Of a DNA stretch of 64,000 bases, positions 28,522 through 38,400 are shown piece by piece. Source of the DNA: an uncultured Bacilli bacterium (GTDB lineage: Bacteria > Bacillota_I > Bacilli_A > RF39 > UBA660); the NCBI GenBank assembly GCA_947626095.1, contig CANQQV010000002.1, positions 32,001-96,000 on the forward strand, given 5' to 3'. The notes under the pieces were generated by a model. The model worked only from the letters and a program-made list of their open reading frames with translations, did no database searches and was not told the origin of the DNA. The first letter of the stretch is position 1, and every line of letters starts with the position of its first letter. The translations under genes and the position numbers were made by a program.

Positions 28522-31500
28522 CTATTCAATAGTTGGATAGCATATACTAACATCCATTTTTTCGGCTTCACCATCATTATTTGAATCATAGTAGAAAGTA
28601 TATTTATATTCGTTAACCCATGCAGTGTAATCAAGAGCAATTTTATTATATTTACTTCTTGATACTTCAATATATCTAGTTTCACCAGGATAATTATTAT
28701 CGTATACTTCTATTTTAAACTTATTAGCATCGTTTATATCACGAATTAATTTAGTGGCATTTATACCATGATTATGGTTAATAGCAAGAATTAATGGCTT
28801 ACCAGCAGATAACCCTTCGTTTAATTCTTTAAAAGCTTTATCTGGATAAGCACTAAAACCAGTTACTTTATCATTTACTTGTAAAATAAATAAACGATAA
28901 AAAGCATTTAATAACTGACTTTCATCTTTGACGACAGCATTATTAAATGTGTCATTGTCGATATTTAGTAAAGCACTTTGATATTTATTAAAATCTTTAC
29001 CATTACTAGTTTTTTTAATTGAAAAAGTAGTTCCAATTTTTTCTAGTTTTTTTACATATTTTTTATTTATCATAAGAGTTTTATTTTCTACTCTATCGCG
29101 ATAATCAGCTGGCTTATCGGGACTTAAAAGAATTTGTAATGCTTCGTTGGTTATTTTATAATCGTAAAGATTTTCTTTTCGAGCGATAAATGTTCCTTCT
29201 AAATTATAACCATTAGAAGCTTCGTATCGATGAAATACATCCCATTTATGAGCTTTAGGTAGAGATAATGGAAGGGAATCTGTATAATATAACATTGCGA
29301 AAGTTGCCATACCATAACAATGTCCGCCTTCTGATTTATTACTGCTAAAATTACTAAATGAGAAACCATCTCTAGTAACAATGAAACCACTATCAGCTTC
29401 AATCATACCATCAGCTTTATTATCGTTGTCTGTATCAACAAGACTGTAGTTAATACTTGCTCCTACTTTAGAATATATTTCATCTAAAGCTGATGAGTTA
29501 GAAGCATTATAGTAATCACAACCAGTTTCTTCAGCAATTTCATTTAAATCATTAGTATCTATTTTATCTCCTAAGCCAATTACACATATTTTAACGTTTT
29601 TATCTTGAGCGTTTTTAATAATAGAAGCTTTTTTTGATGATATAGAACCAAATGTGTTTTTACCATCAGTTAAAAGGACGATATAGTTATTATTTTGTTT
29701 GTTATTAAATTCATTTATACCACTATCTAGTGAACTAGTAATATTTGTTCCATTGGCATTACTATTCCATTTGCTTTCCATTGAATTAACAGCTTTTTTA
29801 ACAGTTTTAGTATCTTTGGTAAATTTAGATAAATTAACGTAATTACCAGAGAATTCTGCAACACCAAATTCATAATTACCAGTAAACATATCAATTAGTT
29901 TATTGGTTAAAGATAATCTTTTAAATTCAGTATCATTACCAACAGCACCTTGACTATCGTCATAACCAGCTTCTATCATTTGTTCTTCACTATACATAGA
30001 AACAGAATTATCAATAATAAACATTATTTGAGAATTATTATCAGTTAGAACAACATTATTATCACCGATAACATATTTAGAAAAATGTTTTAAAGTAACA
30101 GTAATAGTTTTGTTTTCTTTATCAACAGTTGTTGGCATAGCTTCTAGTTTTTTAGTTTCTTCATTAAAATAATATAATGTTAAGTTATCTTCATTTAAAC
30201 CCTTTTTGGTAATATCTTCGATATCGTATTTGATAGTTACTTTGGCATTATTGATTTTACCTGTAGAATAAAAGCTATATATGGTATCTAGTAAACCATC
30301 CATGTTATTAAAGGTATTATTTTTAACTAAATCAATTGTTGAACTAGCAATATTGCCTTTACCATTAATTTCGATAGTAACACCTAAGTCTTTTTCTTCA
30401 ATTGTATAAGTTAAATCTCTTTCACTATCTTTAAGTCCATCACCTTTAGAATCAGCTTTTAATGGATCTAAACCTAAATCAAGTTCATCGCCATCTCTTA
30501 TCCCATCATTATCAGTATCAGCTTTTAATGGATCAGTTTGAGTTTTTTCGATTTCAAATTTATCAGGTAGACCATCAGAATCAGTATCAGCATCATCTTT
30601 ATTAGTACCTAATTTTATTTCTTCAGCATTCATTAAACCATCGTTATCATTATCGGTTATTTCATCATCTACTTCATCTTCAATTATTCCAGCTAGTTGT
30701 TGGTTATTTTCGATACTATCTAGTTTGATAACATTAATAGTTTTACTTATTTGTTTACCACTAGGAGCGGTTGCATATATGGTATATGTACCCTCTTTAT
30801 TAGGCAAATGCCATTCAACTTCGTCATCGTCAGCTTCTAGAGTACCATCTTCAGTAGTAAATTCGATATCAAGAATACGATTTTTTTCTCGGTCATAAGC
30901 AAGAACATTTAATTTTAAAGTTGTACCTTCAGTATAATCAAGTTTGGCATCACCACGATCCATATCCCATTTAATTTCAGTAAAATCGTATAATAGGAAG
31001 AATAGTAATAAAGCAACACATATTGTTAAACATAAGGAAGTACCAATAATTATTTTCTTTTTGTGAATGATAAAGAATTCTTTTAACTTAGTAATAAAAC
31101 CATTAGTTTTTTTAGGCTTAGGTTCTGGTGCTGTATTTACAACAGCCGTTGTCGGACTAGTTTGCGCTACTGGGGTTGATGGGTCTGTTACCGGTTCAGT
31201 AGTAGTTGGGGTTTGATTTTCAACAGGTACTGAAGATTCAGCTACTACTTCGTTTGGATTAACAGGTTTTACCTCAGGTAATGAAGGATTGACTACCTCT
31301 TTTGGAAGATTAAGTTCTTTAGGAGAAACAGCTGATTCTGTTACTACTTTCTCAAGATTAATTTTTTCTTCAGTTGGAGTAGATACTACTATTTCACTTG
31401 GAGAATGAGTAGTTTGAACTTCAGAATTTACAGGTTCGACTGACTCCTTTGGAAAACTTGTTTTTTCTTCAGAAACTGTAGGCTCAACTACACTTTTAGG

Positions 31501-31827
31501 TAGGACGATTGAAGTCTCAAGTGTTGGAGATTTTGGTACAACCTCTTTTTTTAGATTAGGTTGAACTTTAGTAGTTGAGGTTTTGACAGCACCATTTGTA
31601 TGTGTTCTTGTTTGATTGCCATATTGGGTTGGTTTTATTCTCTTAGGGTTTGGTAATGTAGTTGATTCATGGGCAGAAACAGGTTTAACAGCTTTACTTT
31701 CAGATAAAGCTTTGGAACTTTGGGCAGGGTTTAGTTTGGCAGGGGCATTTTTTAATAAACTAGTGCCACACTTAGGACAAATGGTGTTATTATCAGGGAT
31801 TTCCTCTAAACAATTTGGACATTTCAT
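28522..31827 (-). CDS. zinc-ribbon / TM / Ca-binding repeat / vWA domain membrane protein with putative C-terminal Cys-peptidase-like domain
   Basis: CPNC..CPKC, Pro/Glu linker, TM, D-T-D-x-D-G repeats, HFSKY, MIDAS DNSVS..T..LLTDG, then GHCYGMA/HGINA/YDNNYP. Confidence 0.8.
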   Translation of the reverse strand: MKCPNCLEEIPDNNTICPKCGTSLLKNAPAKLNPAQSSKALSESKAVKPVSAHESTTLPNPKRIKPTQYGNQTRTHTNGAVKTSTTKVQPNLKKEVVPKSPTLETSIVLPKSVVEPTVSEEKTSFPKESVEPVNSEVQTTHSPSEIVVSTPTEEKINLEKVVTESAVSPKELNLPKEVVNPSLPEVKPVNPNEVVAESSVPVENQTPTTTEPVTDPSTPVAQTSPTTAVVNTAPEPKPKKTNGFITKLKEFFIIHKKKIIIGTSLCLTICVALLLFFLLYDFTEIKWDMDRGDAKLDYTEGTTLKLNVLAYDREKNRILDIEFTTEDGTLEADDDEVEWHLPNKEGTYTIYATAPSGKQISKTINVIKLDSIENNQQLAGIIEDEVDDEITDNDNDGLMNAEEIKLGTNKDDADTDSDGLPDKFEIEKTQTDPLKADTDNDGIRDGDELDLGLDPLKADSKGDGLKDSERDLTYTIEEKDLGVTIEINGKGNIASSTIDLVKNNTFNNMDGLLDTIYSFYSTGKINNAKVTIKYDIEDITKKGLNEDNLTLYYFNEETKKLEAMPTTVDKENKTITVTLKHFSKYVIGDNNVVLTDNNSQIMFIIDNSVSMYSEEQMIEAGYDDSQGAVGNDTEFKRLSLTNKLIDMFTGNYEFGVAEFSGNYVNLSKFTKDTKTVKKAVNSMESKWNSNANGTNITSSLDSGINEFNNKQNNNYIVLLTDGKNTFGSISSKKASIIKNAQDKNVKICVIGLGDKIDTNDLNEIAEETGCDYYNASNSSALDEIYSKVGASINYSLVDTDNDNKADGMIEADSGFIVTRDGFSFSNFSSNKSEGGHCYGMATFAMLYYTDSLPLSLPKAHKWDVFHRYEASNGYNLEGTFIARKENLYDYKITNEALQILLSPDKPADYRDRVENKTLMINKKYVKKLEKIGTTFSIKKTSNGKDFNKYQSALLNIDNDTFNNAVVKDESQLLNAFYRLFILQVNDKVTGFSAYPDKAFKELNEGLSAGKPLILAINHNHGINATKLIRDINDANKFKIEVYDNNYPGETRYIEVSRSKYNKIALDYTAWVNEYKYTFYYDSNNDGEAEKMDVSICYPTIE

Positions 31828-31935
31828 ATAAACTTACTCCTTTTTATAATAGTATTTTAGCCTTATTTTATTAGGCTTCTATCATGTCTAATATTATCAT
31901 TTTTTACAAAAAAAATAAAGATATATATGATATCT

Positions 31936-32328
31936 TTAAATTTTTATAACTTTAGGTTTATCATCAAATGAGGAAATTGTAGCTTTAATATTAGTTAGAT
32001 ATAAGCTTTCGACATTTGAGTCAGCAGCATCATACATTTCAGCAAGTTTTGGAAAATCGTCTAAGATAGCTTGTTTAACTTCGATATCATCATCTACTAC
32101 GGCTTCAGCTGTTACCCTAATCCATTCGTCTCCGTTATAATTGCATAATTCGACTTTAGGATTCTTATGCATTTGCTTAGAAACGTTCTTATCTTTAGTT
32201 GTTAAAATGTATAATTTATCATTAACTATTTTAATGGACATAAATGGTCTTACTCGTGGCTGTTTACCATCTATGGTAGCTAAATAATAGCAATCACCTT
32301 GTTTTAAGAAGTTATATATATCATTCAT
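31936..32328 (-). CDS. pyridoxamine 5'-phosphate oxidase family protein (paralogue of 25798..26190)
   Basis: YLATIDGKQPRVRPF...VSKQMHKNPKVELC. Confidence 0.87.
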   Translation of the reverse strand: MNDIYNFLKQGDCYYLATIDGKQPRVRPFMSIKIVNDKLYILTTKDKNVSKQMHKNPKVELCNYNGDEWIRVTAEAVVDDDIEVKQAILDDFPKLAEMYDAADSNVESLYLTNIKATISSFDDKPKVIKI

Positions 32329-32388
32329 AATAATTCCTCTTTTCTATTATTAGGATACCCAATAAGAGAATTATTATTTAAGAAATTA

Positions 32389-32925
32389 TTATTTTATTAT
32401 AAATGTATAAATGGAATCTAGAAGAACAATAACTAGTAAGATACTGGTAATTATTGTTAAGGCTTTTTTTGGTAGTTTAGAAGTTAATTTTTCAAATAAT
32501 GGTTGTAATAGATATAGGAAGATTACACCACCTAAACCAAAACGTAATGATGGAGATAAAGCAATACGGGCTTGGAAATTTATTTTATAATCAGCATATG
32601 TTTGCCATGGCCATGACCCCATAAATGCTTCACAGATGTATGATGTTATTAGTTCTAAGATAGTAGCTGATAACATACAACCTAAAAAAACTAAAGGAAG
32701 ATAAAATAGCTTTTTAGGATATGGTTTATCTTTAATTAAGGGATAAATAAGAAAGATAAAGATTAAAGCCCCAAAGCCATATACAGGACAATATGGGCCG
32801 AATAAAACACCACGATTAGAGAATCCCCAATGATAGATAAAGACTTCTAAGAAGACTTCATAACACCAACCAATAATAGCGTATAACCAAAAGTACAAAA
32901 AGTATTTTTCAATTTTTTCTAACAT
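32389..32925 (-). CDS. putative ABC transporter permease (CmpB-like family)
   Basis: GWCYE...NRGVLFGPYCPVYGFG...W.Y...INFQARI. Confidence 0.82.
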   Translation of the reverse strand: MLEKIEKYFLYFWLYAIIGWCYEVFLEVFIYHWGFSNRGVLFGPYCPVYGFGALIFIFLIYPLIKDKPYPKKLFYLPLVFLGCMLSATILELITSYICEAFMGSWPWQTYADYKINFQARIALSPSLRFGLGGVIFLYLLQPLFEKLTSKLPKKALTIITSILLVIVLLDSIYTFIIK

Positions 32926-32985
32926 AATAACACCTACTCTAGTTTTATTATAGCATAAGAAAAGATATAGAATTAACTATATCTA

Positions 32986-33813
32986 TTATTCCTTATTATC
33001 ATAAGTGTCTAAGAAGGATTCATAAACACCATCTTTTTTAGTACCTAGAACACAACATAAATTAACATTATCTAAAGCTTTAAAGATATTATGATCAACA
33101 TCTTTATTTACTTCACGTAATTTATTAATTAGTTCTTTTATTTCTTTACGTTTACTATTATTTTCAAACATACTCTTGGCTGTAAAACGACAAGCACAAT
33201 TTAAGAAAGTTAAATTATTAAAGTGTTTCCAAGCAATAATAGATGATTCTTTAACTAAGTATAATGGCCTTATTAGTTCTAAGCCTTTGAAGTTATCACT
33301 ATGTAGTTTAGGCATCATGGTTTTGATTTCAGCACCGTATAGCATTGATAGTAAAGTTGTTTCAATAACATCATCAAAATGATGACCTAAAGCAATTTTA
33401 TTACAACCTAGTTCTTGAGCTTTATTGTATAGATGACCTCTTCGCATACGGGCACATAAGTAACATGGTTCTTCACTACTTATGGTATCTACAACAGCAA
33501 AGATATCACTTTCAAAGACTTCAATAGGTATATTTAAAGTTTTAGCATTTTCCATTATTAAATCAATATTTGCTTTATTATAACCAGGATTCATAACGAC
33601 ATAGTGAGTTTCAAAATGAATTTGACTATGTCTTTGGAGTTCCTGAACACACTTAGCTAGTAAGAATGAATCTTTACCACCACTAATACAAACCATGATT
33701 TTATCGTTTTCATTAATTAGTTGGTAGTCTTTAACAGCTTTAATAAATTTAGACCATATTTCTTTTCGATAGGTTTTAATAATACTACGTTCGATTTCAC
33801 GATATCTTTCCAT
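32986..33813 (-). CDS. ttcA: tRNA 2-thiocytidine biosynthesis TtcA family protein
   Basis: PP-loop SGGKDS, CYLCARMRRG, GHHFDD, IRPL, CAC. Confidence 0.88.
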   Translation of the reverse strand: MERYREIERSIIKTYRKEIWSKFIKAVKDYQLINENDKIMVCISGGKDSFLLAKCVQELQRHSQIHFETHYVVMNPGYNKANIDLIMENAKTLNIPIEVFESDIFAVVDTISSEEPCYLCARMRRGHLYNKAQELGCNKIALGHHFDDVIETTLLSMLYGAEIKTMMPKLHSDNFKGLELIRPLYLVKESSIIAWKHFNNLTFLNCACRFTAKSMFENNSKRKEIKELINKLREVNKDVDHNIFKALDNVNLCCVLGTKKDGVYESFLDTYDNKE

Positions 33814-33820
33814 AACTCAC

Positions 33821-36031
33821 CTATTTAGAATCTTTCCATCTTTTTAAACGTAAAGAGTTAAAGACGACAGTTAAGCTACTGAAGGTCATCGCTAAACCAG
33901 CAAACATGGGATTCATACTGATACCAAATCCTTTAAATAAACCAATAGCAATTGGAATCATACAAATATTATAGAAGAAAGCCCAGAATAAGTTTTGTTT
34001 GATATTACGTAGAGTTTTTTGGCTAATAGATAATAAAGCTGGGATTTTTTCTAAGTTATCATTGATTAAGATAATATCAGCAGAATCAGCAGCAATATCA
34101 GTACCACTATTAACACTAACACCAATATCAGCAGTAGCTAGAGATGGCGCATCATTAATACCATCACCAACCATCATAACTTTTTTATCATTACGCATTA
34201 ATTGTTTAATAACTTTAGTTTTTTCTTGTGGTAAGACATTGGCAATAACATTATCAATATTAAGTTCTTTGGCAATTTTTTGAGCAGTTATTTCATTATC
34301 ACCAGTAAGCATTATAACTTCCTTACCCATTTTCTTTAATTTAGTGATAGTGTATTTGGCATCATCTCTTAAAATATCATTAACGCCGATTAAACCAATA
34401 ACTTTTTTATCTTCAATAACATAAATGATACTACTACCAGTATTAGCTAGTTGCTCTTCTTCTTTTTCGTAATCATTTTTAATTTTTAATTTAGGAAATA
34501 ATTTATTATTACCTAGATAGATATCTTTATTATTTACTTTAGCACTAACACCGATACCTTCGATATTTTTAAATTTAGTTACTTCTTGTAAAGTAAGTTT
34601 ATTTTCTTTAGCATAGGAAGTAAAAGCAAGACTTATAGGATGTGTTACTTTGTCTTCAATACTATAAACAAGACTTAATAGTTCACGATCTTGGTAGTCA
34701 CTATAGTTATTAATCGCAGATATTTTTAAGTTACCATAAGTTAAAGTACCAGTTTTATCAAAGACGATTGTATCAATTTTATGAGCTTGTTCTAAGACTT
34801 CACTCGATTTAACTAAAAGGCCGTTTTTAGCACAGACACCCTCACTTACGACAATAGCTAAAGGGGTGGCTAGACCTAAAGCACAAGGGCAAGCAACGAC
34901 TAAGACAGTAACAAAAGATATAAGAGCTTCATTAAAGGGATGACCAAGTAATAAGTAACCAATAAAGGTAAGAACAGCAATAATTATAATAGTTGGAACA
35001 AAGACGCTACTCGCTTTATCAGCAACTTTTTGAATATGAGATTTGGTATTAGAAGCTTCAACTACTAAACGGACAATTTCGGAAATAGTTGAATCACGAC
35101 CAATCTTAACAGCTTTATATTCAATATAGCCATCAATATTAAGACTACCAGCTACTACTTTATCAGAAGTTTGTTTTTTGGTTGGAATTGATTCACCAGT
35201 AATAAAGGATTCATCAGTGTGTGTTTCACCTTTGGTAATTTCACCATCAACAGCAACTTTCATACCAGGTTTACAAATTAAGATATCATCTTTTTTAACT
35301 TCATCAATTGTAACTTCTTTTTCACCATCTTTGGTTTTTAATAAAGCCATACTTGGAGTTATTTGCACTAATTCTTTTAAAGCTTCTTTAGTTTTCTCTT
35401 TACTATGATAATCGATAAAACGACCTAGTTTAATAAAGAAGATAATAATAGCACATGATTCAAAGTATAAGTTATGCGCATACTCATGATGACCATTAAT
35501 AACCATATAAAAACTATATAAACTATATAAGAAACTAGCTGTTACTCCTAATGATACTAAGGTATCCATATTATAAGATTTATGAATAATATTTTTAATA
35601 CCACTTTTAAAGATATCTAAACCGTAAATAATAAAAACAATAGCTAAGATAAGTAAAGTAAGACCATAATTAAAGGGATATTTCATCATATCTAAGTAAG
35701 GTAATGATGGTAATTTTAACATACTAGACATAGAGACATATAATGTAAAGATGGCTATGATGCCATAAATAATTAAGAATACTTTATCACGGCTATGTTT
35801 ATTAGTTTCTTTTTTAAAATCAAATTCACCTAAAGATTCAAAGCCTGCTTCTTTGACAAAACGATTTAAATCGTCAATAGTTAAGGATTCATCATAACTG
35901 ATACTAGCTTGAGCTAAGACTAAGTTAACAGTAGCATCTAAAATACCTTCTTGTTTATTTAAATATTTTTCTAAACTAGCAGAACAAGCACTACAACTCA
36001 TTCCTTTAATACTTAAGATTATTTTTTTCAT
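33821..36031 (-). CDS. copA: copper-translocating P1B-type ATPase
   Basis: GMSCSAC metal-binding domain, TGES, ACPCALG, DKTGT, GDGINDAP, YN and M..SS Cu ligands. Confidence 0.95.
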   Translation of the reverse strand: MKKIILSIKGMSCSACSASLEKYLNKQEGILDATVNLVLAQASISYDESLTIDDLNRFVKEAGFESLGEFDFKKETNKHSRDKVFLIIYGIIAIFTLYVSMSSMLKLPSLPYLDMMKYPFNYGLTLLILAIVFIIYGLDIFKSGIKNIIHKSYNMDTLVSLGVTASFLYSLYSFYMVINGHHEYAHNLYFESCAIIIFFIKLGRFIDYHSKEKTKEALKELVQITPSMALLKTKDGEKEVTIDEVKKDDILICKPGMKVAVDGEITKGETHTDESFITGESIPTKKQTSDKVVAGSLNIDGYIEYKAVKIGRDSTISEIVRLVVEASNTKSHIQKVADKASSVFVPTIIIIAVLTFIGYLLLGHPFNEALISFVTVLVVACPCALGLATPLAIVVSEGVCAKNGLLVKSSEVLEQAHKIDTIVFDKTGTLTYGNLKISAINNYSDYQDRELLSLVYSIEDKVTHPISLAFTSYAKENKLTLQEVTKFKNIEGIGVSAKVNNKDIYLGNNKLFPKLKIKNDYEKEEEQLANTGSSIIYVIEDKKVIGLIGVNDILRDDAKYTITKLKKMGKEVIMLTGDNEITAQKIAKELNIDNVIANVLPQEKTKVIKQLMRNDKKVMMVGDGINDAPSLATADIGVSVNSGTDIAADSADIILINDNLEKIPALLSISQKTLRNIKQNLFWAFFYNICMIPIAIGLFKGFGISMNPMFAGLAMTFSSLTVVFNSLRLKRWKDSK

Positions 36032-36040
36032 ATTATCACC

Positions 36041-36328
36041 CTATTTATAAAGTCTGCGATATAAGTCCATTATTTCATTTAATGAATCATAATTATCGTT
36101 TTTGATATCATTAACTAAGCAATTATTTAAATGATTTTTAATTATCTCTTCGCCTAAACTTTCTAAACCTTTAGAAACAGCTGATAGTTGAATTAAAATA
36201 TCAGCACAATAACGATTAGTACTTACCATATCTTTAATACCACGTATTTGACCTTCAATAATATTTAATCTTTTAGTTAAATATTTCTTTTCTTCATCAC
36301 TACGAATTGTTTTTCGATTATTCGGCAT
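36041..36328 (-). CDS. csoR: CsoR family copper-sensing repressor
   Basis: RLNIIEGQIRGI...C..ILIQLSAV...H...C. ATG at 36328. Confidence 0.9.
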   Translation of the reverse strand: MPNNRKTIRSDEEKKYLTKRLNIIEGQIRGIKDMVSTNRYCADILIQLSAVSKGLESLGEEIIKNHLNNCLVNDIKNDNYDSLNEIMDLYRRLYK

Positions 36329-36350
36329 AATGTTCCTTCTTTCATACCTT

Positions 36351-36379
36351 ATTATAATACCCCATATGGGTATAGTCAA
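36351..36379 (-). promoter_or_regulatory. csoR-copA promoter with CsoR operator
   Basis: TTGACT-17-TATAAT, with the spacer formed by the pseudo-palindrome ATACCCATATGGGGTAT (CsoR-box type). Confidence 0.85.
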
Positions 36380-36419
36380 ACATAATAAAAAAGTATCTAA
36401 AAATAGATACTTTTATAAA

Positions 36420-38270
36420 CTAATTACGAGTTTCTCTTTTAATTAATTTAGCGTGTAAGACAACTTTATCCGTTTGATTATAACAAGTTGATAAAGTAAG
36501 AATCTTATCAGTTGAAGCAATTGTTGTATTAAAGTTATGAGCACTACGACCAATAAGCATTTTAGCAAATTCATTAAATTCAGCGTCATCATCAAATTCG
36601 ACTTGAATATAGTCATTAGTTGTTTTAATACGATAAACACTAAATACTTGCCATAAAGTATTTTCATATTCTGTAGATAATCTTATAACGTAGTTATCAG
36701 TATTCTTTAACCAACCACTAGATAAAATATTTTTTAGAGAACCAAACATTGTCGTATCAAGACGACCATGAGCATAAATAATATTATTACGATCAAATTC
36801 TTGAACGTTATTACGATAATCCATAAATACCCAACCAGCACTATTAACTTTTTTACTAAAGTCATGGCTTAAATAGTAACTATTATCTTTGGTTTGAACA
36901 AATGGATAGTTAATATTAGTACCCATTACTTGAATCCAACCGACAGTCTCTTTATTAGTACTTTTAAGTTCATTAAAATCGACACTAATTAGTGGTACTT
37001 TGATATAGTCCCAATATGGATCACTCTTTTGAACATTCTTAGGAGGTTCAATTACTTCGACATTTTTATTATCAACAACTTCTTGAACATCAGTTGTATC
37101 ATTTATTTTTTCCGTTATATCTTTAATTTGGTTATTATCTTGTTGCCATTTAACAATATTAAAGGCTGAATAAGCAAAGACACCAAGAGAAATAATAAGA
37201 ACAAATATTAAAGGAATAACACTTTTCTTCTTTTGAGATTTACCATTAGAATCTTCTTGTTTTTTTACTTTATTTGGATGTTTTTTAGCTTTTTTTAATT
37301 CTTTTTTCTCAATCTTAGCTTTCTTTTCTAGATTATTTAAAGCTTCTTTAGTAGCACGATTAAGAGTAATAACATCAGTATTAAGTAATTTTTCTTGGTT
37401 GGTTTGTGGTTTTTTAATCTCATTTATCTCTTTTGTATCATCAATATCAGATAGAACTTCTTTAGTTAAACGATTAATACGATTAGTTAGTTCTAATTCA
37501 TTTATTTTACCAATACGTTCTAATAATTCTTTTTCTTCATTTTTACTAATTGAGTTATTTGCATCATCACGAGAAGTGGTAGTTATTTCTTTTTCAATAA
37601 CTTCAGTTAAACGAGGTGATGATTCTTTAGCTGTTTCTTGTAATTCTTTTTTAGCTGCTTTTTCTAAATTATCTAAACTAAGAATTTGAGTCGTTTGATA
37701 ATCGTCGATACTTACATTGCGACGAGGACGAGTTTGATTAGAAGAAGTTGATTTTGGACGAGCATTGAGAATTTCATCTAATTTTTGTTCTTGATTTAAA
37801 CGATTTGGACTTGTCGTTTTCTTCGCAGTTGTTGGCTCTGATTCACGAGTTTTAGAAGGAGTAAGGTGGCTATTTTCTTTGGCTAATCGCTCAGCTAAAT
37901 CTTTATTTTTTTGCACACGACTTTTTTGTTGTTCTAAAGCTTCTTCAATTCTTCTTTTTTGTTCTTCTTTAAATTGTTGTTCACGTTTTTTTATTCTTTC
38001 TTGACGAGCTTTGGCTAAAGCTTGTTCTTCTTCGCTGATAACTTTTGGTTCAACTTTAACTCTTTTAGGTTTTTCGACTTTTAAATCAATTTTAGTCGTT
38101 GATTCAGAATTGATGGAAGTAGAAGATTTATTCGTGGCATTAGAAAGAGACTCTTGTTTTGCAAGAGTTGTTCTTGACTGACGATAATTGCTTTGACGAG
38201 TTGGAGTTTTCATTCCTTGTCTGTAGGCTTGAGCTCGACTCGCACTTCTACTAGTTTTGTTGGAATCCAT
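36420..38270 (-). CDS. srtB: class B sortase with long charged N-terminal extension
   Basis: ~350 aa K/E/Q-rich N-terminus, TM, GWIQVMGTNINYP, IIYAHG, TLSTC. Confidence 0.88.
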   Translation of the reverse strand: MDSNKTSRSASRAQAYRQGMKTPTRQSNYRQSRTTLAKQESLSNATNKSSTSINSESTTKIDLKVEKPKRVKVEPKVISEEEQALAKARQERIKKREQQFKEEQKRRIEEALEQQKSRVQKNKDLAERLAKENSHLTPSKTRESEPTTAKKTTSPNRLNQEQKLDEILNARPKSTSSNQTRPRRNVSIDDYQTTQILSLDNLEKAAKKELQETAKESSPRLTEVIEKEITTTSRDDANNSISKNEEKELLERIGKINELELTNRINRLTKEVLSDIDDTKEINEIKKPQTNQEKLLNTDVITLNRATKEALNNLEKKAKIEKKELKKAKKHPNKVKKQEDSNGKSQKKKSVIPLIFVLIISLGVFAYSAFNIVKWQQDNNQIKDITEKINDTTDVQEVVDNKNVEVIEPPKNVQKSDPYWDYIKVPLISVDFNELKSTNKETVGWIQVMGTNINYPFVQTKDNSYYLSHDFSKKVNSAGWVFMDYRNNVQEFDRNNIIYAHGRLDTTMFGSLKNILSSGWLKNTDNYVIRLSTEYENTLWQVFSVYRIKTTNDYIQVEFDDDAEFNEFAKMLIGRSAHNFNTTIASTDKILTLSTCYNQTDKVVLHAKLIKRETRN

Positions 38271-38400
38271 GAAATCAATCCCCTTTTATTTAAATCTATT
38301 TCAATTAATCATTAAAATTTCTTATACATATTATATTTTAACATAAAGCGACATTAATTAATAGTTTACAATTTTAAAATATAGTAAATTGGACAATCAA

